Below are positions 45,138-53,457 of a stretch of DNA of 60,626 bases, piece after piece; position 1 is the first letter of the stretch, and each line of letters opens with the position of its first letter. Source of the stretch: Pseudomonas virus PBPA162. A program made the position numbers and the translations under genes. The stretch is taken from the sequence record NC_070971.1; one strand, written 5' to 3'. The notes beneath the pieces were generated by a model. The model was not told the origin of the DNA. It worked only from the letters and a program-made list of their open reading frames with translations, and did not search any database.

Positions 45138-45443
45138 ATGGGAACTGTCGCTCAGTTGATTAAAATCGGAATGGAGCGCGCCATACTGTGCGGCGAACTC
45201 AACCACATGTGCTTCCGCCTGGCGGAGGTCAAAGACTTTGACGAAATCACCCAAAAGGAGTTGACACTATTCAATAGCTGGATACGCACGGTGCTAGAGC
45301 GCCAGCCGTGGTTCGGAGTTAGGGGCTTCCTCAACCGTAGGAACCCAGCGGTGTTCGAGGAAGAACCCCATTGCATGGTCGAGGAGTCCAACTGGTGTAA
45401 TTTCTACGTGTGGACCTACTATGATTTGATCAAAAAGGGTTGA
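45138..45443 (+). CDS. Early protein, paralog B of a tandem pair
   Basis: Starts 2 nt after paralog A. The C-terminal WCNFYVWTYYDLIK matches. Confidence 0.5.
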   Translation: MGTVAQLIKIGMERAILCGELNHMCFRLAEVKDFDEITQKELTLFNSWIRTVLERQPWFGVRGFLNRRNPAVFEEEPHCMVEESNWCNFYVWTYYDLIKKG

Positions 45444-45468
45444 CGCAGGGTGGCCATGGACGCATAAT
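45440..45468 (+). promoter_or_regulatory. Promoter TTGACG-N17-CATAAT, preceded by AAAAGGG
   Basis: Hexamers at 45440-45445 and 45463-45468. Confidence 0.5.
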
Positions 45469-45504
45469 GGCCACGTCACAAAGCAACAGCCCTGGAGGGC
45501 CGCC

Positions 45505-45705
45505 ATGAGCCAGATCGTAGATGTCAAGCAAATTGCAATCAACCCCGAGCGTCGCCCGGCCTACAACGCGGTCATGGTGCGCTGGCTGATGCAAGAAGCT
45601 GAACTCCACCGTAGCTGCGGGCGCACCGCTACCCTGTTCTGCATTGTGCGCAACCGCCCGGACGGCACCTGGCGCCAGATTGTGCAGCTTGTGGCTAGCG
45701 AGTAA
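45505..45705 (+). CDS. Small hypothetical protein
   Basis: RBS GGAGGG. Confidence 0.45.
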   Translation: MSQIVDVKQIAINPERRPAYNAVMVRWLMQEAELHRSCGRTATLFCIVRNRPDGTWRQIVQLVASE

Positions 45706-45738
45706 CTTCTAAAACCATAAGCCCAGGAGGGTAAGACC

Positions 45739-45903
45739 ATGAACGCAGCACTGGCAAGGCTTCAGAACAAGCGCGCTTGGCTGCTCCGCGATATGCTTTC
45801 GAGCAGATGGCACGGCTTCAGCTTTGCCGGCCACCCGTGGGCCAAGCAAGTTCGAGCACTGCATGACGAAGCCAAGTGTATCCGCGAACACCACAACCGC
45901 TAA
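45739..45903 (+). CDS. Small hypothetical protein (54 aa, below the ORF-track cutoff)
   Basis: Strong RBS CAGGAGGG 7 nt upstream. Translates to MNAALARLQNKRAWLLRDMLSSRWHGFSFAGHPWAKQVRALHDEAKCIREHHNR. Confidence 0.4.
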   Translation: MNAALARLQNKRAWLLRDMLSSRWHGFSFAGHPWAKQVRALHDEAKCIREHHNR

Positions 45904-45944
45904 CAACCCAGCCCGGTGCGCCAGGGCTTCACCGAGGGTAAAAC

Positions 45945-46361
45945 ATGAACGCTGATGAACTGTTCCGTGCATGCATTGGCCATGCCATAGCCAACGTTGA
46001 GTACAGGAATTATTGCCTGTACTTCCAAATGTCCAATGGTACTCATTTCCAGTTGCAAGCTGATGAGGGTGAGTATGATTACTATAGCTGCCAGTACCTG
46101 GAGGTAAAGCAGCCTGTCCACGCATTTGTAGGCGACACACTTACCGGCCTGGAGTTGCTACAAGGCCCGGAAACCCACACGCCCCAGGACTACCATTGTG
46201 TTACCTACGTCCGCATTGCCACTAGCGGCGGGGTTATCCAATGTGAGTTGCATACAATGCACAATGGGTATGGTTCGCCTGCTTGTCTTGAGGTATGTGT
46301 CAGCCAGGTACAAGGGAGACCCTGCGCCACCAATGCCTGCCTGGACCACAAATACCCGTAA
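45945..46361 (+). CDS. Cys-rich hypothetical protein
   Basis: RBS GAGGGT. 138 aa with multiple Cys/His. Confidence 0.5.
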   Translation: MNADELFRACIGHAIANVEYRNYCLYFQMSNGTHFQLQADEGEYDYYSCQYLEVKQPVHAFVGDTLTGLELLQGPETHTPQDYHCVTYVRIATSGGVIQCELHTMHNGYGSPACLEVCVSQVQGRPCATNACLDHKYP

Positions 46362-46406
46362 CTATCCGGCCCTGGTACGCCAGGGCTGTTCCCTGGGAAG
46401 CGAAAA

Positions 46407-46607
46407 ATGGAAGCATACGAACTATTCGCCTTCGATACAAAAGAACCTGGCTCGGCTGTGCTGGAACTTGGACCCAACTGGTTTGCCGGGTTCAGCTTTA
46501 GCAAGGACGGCCTGTATCACCTGGCCTACGTCGATGGGGACTGGGTAACCGAGCGCACGCCCTGGTTGCCAACACCAGCAACGGAGGGTTCACGTAATGC
46601 GGGCTGA
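46407..46607 (+). CDS. Small hypothetical protein
   Basis: 66-aa ORF in the early operon. Confidence 0.4.
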   Translation: MEAYELFAFDTKEPGSAVLELGPNWFAGFSFSKDGLYHLAYVDGDWVTERTPWLPTPATEGSRNAG

Positions 46608-46770
46608 AGCAATGGTTGTAGTAGCAATCTGCCTCATGCTTGCGGGCGCCGTCCTGTCCAGCATAGGTGCCAGCCAACGGCCAGCCCTGGCCGGCTTTGT
46701 TAGCCTGGTGTTGGGTGTTCTGCTGAGCATTGCTGCAAGCCAGCTTGTGGTTATTGCAATGCTGGGATAG
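46597..46770 (+). CDS. Small membrane protein (57 aa, 2 TM)
   Basis: RBS GGAGGG before the ATG at 46597. Hydrophobic. Confidence 0.4.
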   Translation: MRAEAMVVVAICLMLAGAVLSSIGASQRPALAGFVSLVLGVLLSIAASQLVVIAMLG

Positions 46771-46855
46771 TACTGACCATGGTTGGTATGGCGCTGTTTG
46801 CGATAGCGTGCCTGGTGTTGTGCCTGGCAATGTGGGACGACTTGAACCCTTAACC

Positions 46856-46882
46856 AAGCCCGCCAACGTGCGGGCTTTTTAG
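46856..46882 (+). terminator. Rho-independent terminator
   Basis: AAGCCCGC-caacg-TGCGGGCTT followed by TTTTAG. Confidence 0.7.
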
Positions 46883-46917
46883 TTCTAGTTGCAAAGCTAC
46901 TTATGCGAAAATGGATG

Positions 46918-46946
46918 TTGCGCCACATCGCTAACCTCCGTAATAT
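46918..46946 (+). promoter_or_regulatory. Promoter TTGCGC-N17-TAATAT
   Basis: Follows the terminator and precedes the gene with RBS GAGGT at 47001. Confidence 0.45.
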
Positions 46947-47000
46947 GCTTACCAACAGGGCAGCAAAGCCCAACCAACCAAACCAACCGAGGTAACTAAA

Positions 47001-47675
47001 ATGGCTAACGTAAAATTCTACTCCAGCAAGTCCAACGCTAAGCGCGCTGCAACCCAAGCTGGCATCAACGTTGAAACCGCAACCCTGCTGGAGCAAGATG
47101 GCAAGTTCGCTTATGTTGCTGCTGACCACACCGAAGCCACCAACAACATGCTTCGCGCCATCGCCGCTATCGCCGAGTACCACTGCGTACCGGAACTGGA
47201 CCTGGAAACCCTGGACCGTAACGGCCTCAACGGTGTGTGCCCGCACTGCGGCATCGACCACCTGGACAACGGCTGGACCGACTTCGAGTCCACCGTAGAC
47301 GCACAGGGCTCCGTACAGGCCGCCCGCAAGGTGCAGAGCCATGAGTACGCCTGCCTGGGCTGCGGTGGCGAGTGGGGTCCGCTGGTAGGTTCCAGCAAGC
47401 CGCGTGCCAAGTCCACCAAAGCCGGCAGCGGCATCAAGATCGAAAAGAACCGCCCGGAGCGCAACGGCGTTACCCGTCCCAGCGCCGGAGGTCAGTGCGA
47501 CAAGGTATGGACCAAGCTGGACGAGATGGCCGCAGGTGGCAAGGTGCCCGCCATCAAAGACGTAAAAGAGTGGGCCAAGGAAGTTGGCATGGCGGATGCA
47601 ACTGCCAGCACTCAGTACGCCCGGTGGCGCAAGTACATGGGCATCGTTGGTCGCCAAACAGAGATGCCGGTCTAA
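47001..47675 (+). CDS. Zn-ribbon protein with C-terminal TQYARWRK domain shared with the 3775 protein
   Basis: CPHCG...CLGCGG zinc ribbon. The C-terminal RNGVTRP...ATASTQYARWRKYMGI is homologous to the 3775..4353 protein. Confidence 0.55.
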   Translation: MANVKFYSSKSNAKRAATQAGINVETATLLEQDGKFAYVAADHTEATNNMLRAIAAIAEYHCVPELDLETLDRNGLNGVCPHCGIDHLDNGWTDFESTVDAQGSVQAARKVQSHEYACLGCGGEWGPLVGSSKPRAKSTKAGSGIKIEKNRPERNGVTRPSAGGQCDKVWTKLDEMAAGGKVPAIKDVKEWAKEVGMADATASTQYARWRKYMGIVGRQTEMPV

Positions 47676-48388
47676 TGGGTAAGGCGATCGAAAAGGCTTC
47701 GGTGATGTACGCCGAAGCCTGTCACCAAGCGCGGGCAAACCCAGGTTTGCAAGTGCGCCTGGAGCCACATCCGGAAGCTGTTTTGCTTGTGCGCTACAAC
47801 CCGGACACCAACCGTATTACCCAGGTGATTCGCCGTAACAGCACTGTACGCAAGGTGACCCGGCAAGTTGCCATCCAAACTCTGGAGTCCTATTACATGC
47901 TTTACAACGATATTGACGCACTCATCCATAATCTTGTAGTTGAGCACAAAGAACTCAACCGCAGTCAGGTGAGCCTGTTTGAAGGCTTGTGGAACTTTGG
48001 CCAGTACATGGGGGTCAACCAGCGCGGGGTGATGGGTCTGTTGCAAGATATGGACAGAGCGCAAGTTGCGTGCGAGTTGGCCAGTGTTATTAAGAAGTGC
48101 GTCAACCAAGCTATTAGCGGGGTTGCCCTTAGCGATGTGTACCAATGGGCCCAGCACTATGGGTACCAAGTATTCCTGAAGAGCCGCCAGCCATATGCGG
48201 ACTCCCAGACGGGATACAAGGGCAAGGGCGGGCGCCGCTATAACCTGGGAGCCGAAGGGGCTATGTGGTGGGTAGGCGCTTCAGGTCAGTGGCAGTACAA
48301 ACCATGTGGTTACCTTCACCCTGGGCGTCGGGCGGACGGCAAGCGTTGGACCATGCATGCAACTTTCGAGGGTGTTACAAGTGCCTAA
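47675..48388 (+). CDS. Hypothetical protein
   Basis: TAATG coupling. 237 aa. Confidence 0.5.
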   Translation: MGKAIEKASVMYAEACHQARANPGLQVRLEPHPEAVLLVRYNPDTNRITQVIRRNSTVRKVTRQVAIQTLESYYMLYNDIDALIHNLVVEHKELNRSQVSLFEGLWNFGQYMGVNQRGVMGLLQDMDRAQVACELASVIKKCVNQAISGVALSDVYQWAQHYGYQVFLKSRQPYADSQTGYKGKGGRRYNLGAEGAMWWVGASGQWQYKPCGYLHPGRRADGKRWTMHATFEGVTSA

Positions 48389-48605
48389 GTTCCTGAAGTT
48401 AGTTGTGTATTATATGACTTTTCAAGTCTTGGTATTGTCTGCATTTATTGGAGGTGTATATTTTCTTGCATATTTTATTCACAGCAACCCGGAATTAGCC
48501 ATATATGCCGTGTTAGTGGTATTTGTAGTTCTTCCGATAGTTGGTGTATCTGTTTTTAAGGCAAAGCAAAAACTGCGTCAGGAGAAGTACAATGTCAGGA
48601 AGTAA
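48381..48605 (+). CDS. AT-rich small membrane protein (2 TM)
   Basis: RBS GAGGG before a GTG start. Strongly AT-skewed codon usage compared with neighbouring genes. Confidence 0.4.
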   Translation: MPKFLKLVVYYMTFQVLVLSAFIGGVYFLAYFIHSNPELAIYAVLVVFVVLPIVGVSVFKAKQKLRQEKYNVRK

Positions 48606-48846
48606 CCCCAAACCGTTCAAACACACCGCCAAGCGTAACGACCGTCCGGGTATATGTTTGCGCTGTGGGCAGGACGTTGCCAGGGGTAATGGGGTGTACA
48701 GCAAAAAGCGGGGAGGGCTCATGCACGTCCTCTGCTCTGTTGGTAGTAACCCAATCGCCCGACCAAAGCCCAAGCGTAAGAGCCTTAGCGGGCTGGGGAA
48801 AGCTGCACTTGCAATGGCCCCGGAGGACTGGTATGAAATCGACTAG
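48592..48846 (+). CDS. Small basic Zn-ribbon protein
   Basis: RBS AGGAG. CLRCG...HVLC. Confidence 0.45.
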   Translation: MSGSNPKPFKHTAKRNDRPGICLRCGQDVARGNGVYSKKRGGLMHVLCSVGSNPIARPKPKRKSLSGLGKAALAMAPEDWYEID

Positions 48847-49231
48847 CGGCGTTGACCCTCGACTTCTGATGGATTACAGGGTTAAGGCTGTGCAGAACCT
48901 GTCAGCAATGATCGATGCTTTGGGCTATGCGCCAAGTGCATGTGTTGCCAGCGTTATCGGGCTACCGTCAAACGTCCCGACTTCGGTGCTCAACAACACA
49001 CCCAAAGGTGGAACTACGGTGGTATGGGTGCTTTACAAACAGACCAACCATTCTAAGCCCGTTGGCTATGTAGCCATGCACTTTGGACAAAGCTTGATCA
49101 TTGATAGCAACATGCCTGAATTGCACGCCTGTGAGCCAGAGCTCCATCTCAAGTGGGTTACCCAACTGGACGCAGAAAGCGTCGGCAAATACCGCAACTG
49201 GAGCGACTTCGTTACTTTCCGGGCTTCGTAG
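48833..49231 (+). CDS. Hypothetical protein
   Basis: RBS GGAGG before the ATG at 48833. Confidence 0.45.
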   Translation: MKSTSGVDPRLLMDYRVKAVQNLSAMIDALGYAPSACVASVIGLPSNVPTSVLNNTPKGGTTVVWVLYKQTNHSKPVGYVAMHFGQSLIIDSNMPELHACEPELHLKWVTQLDAESVGKYRNWSDFVTFRAS

Positions 49232-49297
49232 ATAAAGCTTGCCTACAGGCCTTAACGACCGTACCATAGCCACACATTCACCAAGAGGACTTTAGGA

Positions 49298-49654
49298 ATG
49301 AACGACAAACCTGCTAAACTGCTTCTGGGCGATCTGCTCAACTGGAACAACGCGCGTGTTCAAAAGCTGGAATCCATCGAGCCCTTCCCGTACCCTCAAA
49401 TCCAGGAACTGCTGGACAACGCCATCCTAGTTGCGCGGGAGCAACAGCGTCATTGCTGGAATTGCGTCAACACGTACGGCGGGAGCTACGTCGCCAAGCC
49501 CTGGATGATCGAGCGTTATACCATGCCTCATATCATCAATATGCGCCAGCCTGACGGTGACCGCCTGGGCAAAATGGACGCGTTCTTTTACCTATGCGCC
49601 ATGGACGACCTATTCCGGAAAGGTAAGCTGGAGATTTATCATGATCAACAATAA
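49298..49654 (+). CDS. Hypothetical protein
   Basis: 118-aa ORF after the possible promoter TTGCCT-N17-TACCAT at 49239..49267. Confidence 0.45.
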   Translation: MNDKPAKLLLGDLLNWNNARVQKLESIEPFPYPQIQELLDNAILVAREQQRHCWNCVNTYGGSYVAKPWMIERYTMPHIINMRQPDGDRLGKMDAFFYLCAMDDLFRKGKLEIYHDQQ

Positions 49655-50030
49655 CCACAAGAAGGTTGGGTTTGCCGCCAACGTCTGCCACGCCCTGGTT
49701 ACCCTCATGACCGGCGGCATTTGGATTGTGGTATGGGTTGCGCACCACATCATGGTTGCACGCCACAACGACCGAGTGGACCGGGAGCAGCGCCACGCTG
49801 AAACCATGCGGGCTTACGGCTCCGGTCACACCACCCAGGTGGTGCACCAGGCGATTCCTGACGGTTACGTGCTGGTCAAGGAGTGCTACGCAGAGGTTGC
49901 CCGCAGCCGGGAAATTATGCTGGACGCTCTGGACCTACTGCGGGATAACCTGGCTATGCAACCAAACGACGGTGTCACCAAGCGCCAACTGCGCAAGGTT
50001 GAACATCTAATTGAAATCCTCGACAAATAG
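49641..50030 (+). CDS. Membrane protein
   Basis: RBS GGAGA. One TM helix near the N-terminus. Confidence 0.45.
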   Translation: MINNNHKKVGFAANVCHALVTLMTGGIWIVVWVAHHIMVARHNDRVDREQRHAETMRAYGSGHTTQVVHQAIPDGYVLVKECYAEVARSREIMLDALDLLRDNLAMQPNDGVTKRQLRKVEHLIEILDK

Positions 50031-50038
50031 GTAAAAAG

Positions 50039-50347
50039 ATGAGCCTGCTCCTTTCCGGTGTACTAACTGCCTGCCTTGCTTCCCCAGCGGGTCAACTCTA
50101 CTGCCGCATTGAAGTAAGCAACTTGGACAAGCCTGGGTACGGCCTAACCGAGTGCCAGCTTGCTGCAAATCGCCTTCGGGACCGCATGCAAAAGGTCATG
50201 AACCTTGTTGTAGCGGAGCATGCGGAGTTTTCCGAGGCTAAGGTATGGGCCACCTGCGTACGGCAAACCCACGTCTACGACTGGGTTACCGTTGCAAAGG
50301 ATGGCTTGGAAAGCGCGGGTCATACTGTGGAGGTGCGCTTCAAATGA
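50039..50347 (+). CDS. Lipoprotein (signal peptide plus lipobox LTAC)
   Basis: The N-terminal MSLLLSGVLTAC fits SPII. Early gene. Confidence 0.5.
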   Translation: MSLLLSGVLTACLASPAGQLYCRIEVSNLDKPGYGLTECQLAANRLRDRMQKVMNLVVAEHAEFSEAKVWATCVRQTHVYDWVTVAKDGLESAGHTVEVRFK

Positions 50348-50574
50348 ACGACAAGATTGTAAAGGGGTGCATTAACGCAGGCCTTGGCATTATTGTTGGA
50401 GTTGAGTACAAGGTGCTTGCCATAGACGAATGTTCGTCGTATAGCAAGGCCTATGTACAACGCGCTTGGATGAAATGTGTGGCCCAGCGCTGTAAACAAA
50501 ACTGGGTCGCCCGAAAGGGTAATGCCAAGCGACCCAATACCGGCCCGCGTGGTCGCTACGGTCAGCTCCTGTAA
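50344..50574 (+). CDS. Small hypothetical protein
   Basis: RBS GAGGTG. ATGA coupling. Confidence 0.4.
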   Translation: MNDKIVKGCINAGLGIIVGVEYKVLAIDECSSYSKAYVQRAWMKCVAQRCKQNWVARKGNAKRPNTGPRGRYGQLL

Positions 50575-50585
50575 GGGGAATAGCA

Positions 50586-50984
50586 ATGGAAATCACTAAG
50601 TCCGCCATCAACGTAACCACGATGGCCTATAGCCAGGTTGAGTATATCCTGGACGACGCAAAGCGCCGTGGTATCAATGCGCTGCTGGTCACAAACTCCC
50701 AGTCCGAATACGAATTTTGGAAGGGTAAGGGCGTTGCCTGCGAGCAGTGGCGTAACGTTCTGCGTGACCAACCAGCCCAGGCACAGTGCTCCGTCATTAT
50801 GATGGACATCACACCGCAGGACTTCCGCCGCTGGTGCCAGGCGAAGTCGGGTACCACCAAGAGCTGCGCCATGTGTGGTAATTGGAAGCTGGTTCTACTG
50901 CGCAGCCAGAACAAGAAGCTTTGCCCAGACTGCGGCAACGAGATTGACTGGGATTTGGCACCCGGCCAGAGGGCCATTGTATGA
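50586..50984 (+). CDS. Hypothetical protein with C-terminal zinc ribbon
   Basis: RBS AAGGGGA. CAMCG...CPDCG. Confidence 0.5.
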   Translation: MEITKSAINVTTMAYSQVEYILDDAKRRGINALLVTNSQSEYEFWKGKGVACEQWRNVLRDQPAQAQCSVIMMDITPQDFRRWCQAKSGTTKSCAMCGNWKLVLLRSQNKKLCPDCGNEIDWDLAPGQRAIV

Positions 50985-51229
50985 GCAAGTACCGTCAGAT
51001 GTACCTCGACCTGTTTGAAAGCATCTTACAGTCCTTGCAAAACTGTGCACGAATGGACCACCAAGTAACGCACATCAAACTGTCCCACCTGGCCTACTGC
51101 CTTTTGCGCAGCCATGCCGCCGAACGCTTCACGCTAGGTGACCCCAGTGGGCCAAGCCCTGACAGGTTTATGGGATACCCGTTTCGGGTTGAAAACCTCG
51201 GGGCCGCACTCTACCAAGTGGCCTACTAA
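50981..51229 (+). CDS. Small hypothetical protein
   Basis: ATGA coupling. Confidence 0.45.
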   Translation: MSKYRQMYLDLFESILQSLQNCARMDHQVTHIKLSHLAYCLLRSHAAERFTLGDPSGPSPDRFMGYPFRVENLGAALYQVAY

Positions 51230-51235
51230 CAGGTG

Positions 51236-51265
51236 TTGCACACAGGAACGGGGTCGGTGTATACT
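51236..51265 (+). promoter_or_regulatory. Promoter TTGCAC-N18-TATACT embedded in inverted repeat GAACGGGG-N14-CCCCGTTC
   Basis: Hexamers at 51236-51241 and 51260-51265. The inverted repeat at 51246-51253 / 51268-51275 brackets the -10 element. Confidence 0.45.
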
Positions 51266-51295
51266 GGCCCCGTTCACACATTTGGAGGGGTAAAA

Positions 51296-51706
51296 ATGAG
51301 TCAACTTAAAGAAGGTGTAATCCGCTGGGACGTGGTAGAGCACGACCGCGGACTGGGCGGAATCCTATCACTTCGCGGCATGCTGAAGATGGGTGATACG
51401 GTTTACGAAAGGCACATGTACCTTCACCTGTTCAGCAAAAGCAAGCCCAAGTGTATGCAGTACAAGGTGAACCCTCACGTGCTGCGCACCAGTATGCTGC
51501 AAGCCAAGGCTGCACTTGAGCTGTGCCGTTTGCGGCACCACAAGATCCAGGTGACGGTACATACTGTGCACCTTCCAACCAACCTGACACCCAATCAGCA
51601 ACGGGTGCTTGACAAGGTACAGGAACTGCTGTCAGGGACGTTCGGCAATGCGTTGGAAGAGTTGTCCACATTGGACGAATTTGAAGACCGGTGGCAGGGA
51701 GACTGA
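51296..51706 (+). CDS. Hypothetical protein
   Basis: RBS GGAGGG. Confidence 0.5.
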   Translation: MSQLKEGVIRWDVVEHDRGLGGILSLRGMLKMGDTVYERHMYLHLFSKSKPKCMQYKVNPHVLRTSMLQAKAALELCRLRHHKIQVTVHTVHLPTNLTPNQQRVLDKVQELLSGTFGNALEELSTLDEFEDRWQGD

Positions 51707-51708
51707 CA

Positions 51709-52524
51709 ATGAGTTTGCACCCTTTGCTTCAAAGCATGTTTGGCGTGCGCGACGGGCGGGAGCTGGTGCATAGCACCGCCCCGCAGGCCGCCAGCAAGGC
51801 CCCTGGTGCCGCCGTAGCGGCTACCCGTAACCAACCCCCTACCCAGGGGAAAATTGGCCCTGCGCCCTGGGACAAGCAACCCGTGCCCAAGGCTGGCATG
51901 GAACCCTACGAGTTCACCAAAAACCACAAAGGGGTTAAGCTTGTAATTGATAACCCAGGTGCATCTGCTCCAATAACTGAAGCGTATATTTCGCACGTCA
52001 AAATTGTGGCGGCGGATAAGGGATTTGCAAAGCCAACCGATCCGTCTTACAAGTGGGATGTGTTGTGGGCGCTTCCGGTAATTGGGTACGTGAGCTTTGA
52101 AGCTATTGCCAACGTCAAGGACTGCGTTCCGCCGCCAAGCGTGTGTCCGTGCTGCGGTCACAACGAAGTAACTTTAATAGACAATTCCGAGGTATATGGC
52201 GGCGTAACTTACGGGCAATGGCCATACATCTACTATTGCAGCAAGTGCGAAGCGCGGGTAGGCTTGCACCGGTTTACCCACCTAGCACTTGGATATATGG
52301 CGGATGCTGAAACACGCGAACTGCGTAAGTTTGCTAAGTCAGGATTCCTGCACTGGAAGGGTTCAAAGTCTTGGACCACCAACCAAGCCTACTCCCAACT
52401 AGCTAACAAGTTGGACATACCCAGGGAACAATGCCACTTTGGGATGTTTGATGCCGGGATGTGCCGCAAAGTAATATCCATGTGGCCGGAGCTGGGATTA
52501 CCTAAAAGTTACTGGATGAAATAA
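51709..52524 (+). CDS. Zn-ribbon-containing hypothetical protein
   Basis: RBS GGGAG. CPCCGH...CSKCE. Confidence 0.5.
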   Translation: MSLHPLLQSMFGVRDGRELVHSTAPQAASKAPGAAVAATRNQPPTQGKIGPAPWDKQPVPKAGMEPYEFTKNHKGVKLVIDNPGASAPITEAYISHVKIVAADKGFAKPTDPSYKWDVLWALPVIGYVSFEAIANVKDCVPPPSVCPCCGHNEVTLIDNSEVYGGVTYGQWPYIYYCSKCEARVGLHRFTHLALGYMADAETRELRKFAKSGFLHWKGSKSWTTNQAYSQLANKLDIPREQCHFGMFDAGMCRKVISMWPELGLPKSYWMK

Positions 52525-52525
52525 G

Positions 52526-53164
52526 ATGAAACTTGACTTTGAATTCGATGCAACCCTTTACGAGCCTGTAGACGGAAGCGAAGAGGACCAGCTTGACGCC
52601 AAGCGTACCCGTGTGGCTAAGAAGGCCGAGGGCGAACACCACTCCGTACCCACAACCCTCAATGGCGGCAGGGGTAACCGTGCAATCCATTACGGCGACA
52701 TCGGGCACCCCGACGAGCTGCCACAGGCCCACCGCCAGTATGTAGGGGCGGCGCCGAGCGAGTTCCGGGATACGGCTGATTACACCGTATGGTACCAGGC
52801 AACCCGCTTCCCTCCGCTGTACCGGGAAAAGCCCAAGCGCATTGACCCCTTTGAACCGGATGCCATTTACAAAATGATGGACGCAGCACAGTTCAGCGAG
52901 CATCTTGGACGGCACATAACCACATGGGAAGATGGCTGCCGTCATGCGCTTTTGCAAGCGGCTGAATACCGCCAGGACGACATCGACGAGCTCGGGGTAA
53001 TGCGCCGGGAGTTGCTGGGCATCAAAGAAAAGAAAGCCCGCGACGAGGAACTTTTGCAGGCAACTAACGAATGGCGTGATGCTGTTCGGGAGCGAAAAGA
53101 AGCACTGGCATTACATGACGAACGCGTCCGTTTAGCCAGGGAAAAAATGAAAGCCCTGAAATAA
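52526..53164 (+). CDS. Hypothetical protein
   Basis: 212-aa ORF with a charged C-terminal helix. Confidence 0.5.
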   Translation: MKLDFEFDATLYEPVDGSEEDQLDAKRTRVAKKAEGEHHSVPTTLNGGRGNRAIHYGDIGHPDELPQAHRQYVGAAPSEFRDTADYTVWYQATRFPPLYREKPKRIDPFEPDAIYKMMDAAQFSEHLGRHITTWEDGCRHALLQAAEYRQDDIDELGVMRRELLGIKEKKARDEELLQATNEWRDAVRERKEALALHDERVRLAREKMKALK

Positions 53165-53223
53165 CTTGCCGTCCATACACCAGTTAGGGTACTTTATGGG
53201 CCTTTATAACTTAGGAGAATCCC

Positions 53224-53454
53224 ATGACAACCCTACAAGACAATTTTGACAGCACCTATATTACTTCCACAGAAGTTTGCGAAAAGATGCAAGTGAGTCG
53301 TGTCACTTTGCATTACCACCGCAAGAACGGGCGACTTCCGCAGCATGCAACCCTGCCGGGTGGGCAAATCACCATTTGGCGGCGTGACGAAATGATGCCG
53401 GTCATGGAAGAGTGGTCCCGCAAGCTCTACGGGAAGGTGCTTTGGGAGAAGTAA
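53224..53454 (+). CDS. AlpA/Xis-like helix-turn-helix DNA-binding protein
   Basis: RBS AGGAG. STEVCEKMQVSRVTLHYHRKNGRLP...ITIWRRDE fits the HTH_17 pattern. Confidence 0.5.
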   Translation: MTTLQDNFDSTYITSTEVCEKMQVSRVTLHYHRKNGRLPQHATLPGGQITIWRRDEMMPVMEEWSRKLYGKVLWEK

Positions 53455-53457
53455 GGC

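Noticed and set aside
46779-46853. 24-aa hydrophobic micro-ORF before the terminator at 46856
   Set aside because: It is very short with no clear RBS. It could be real, but the evidence is insufficient.
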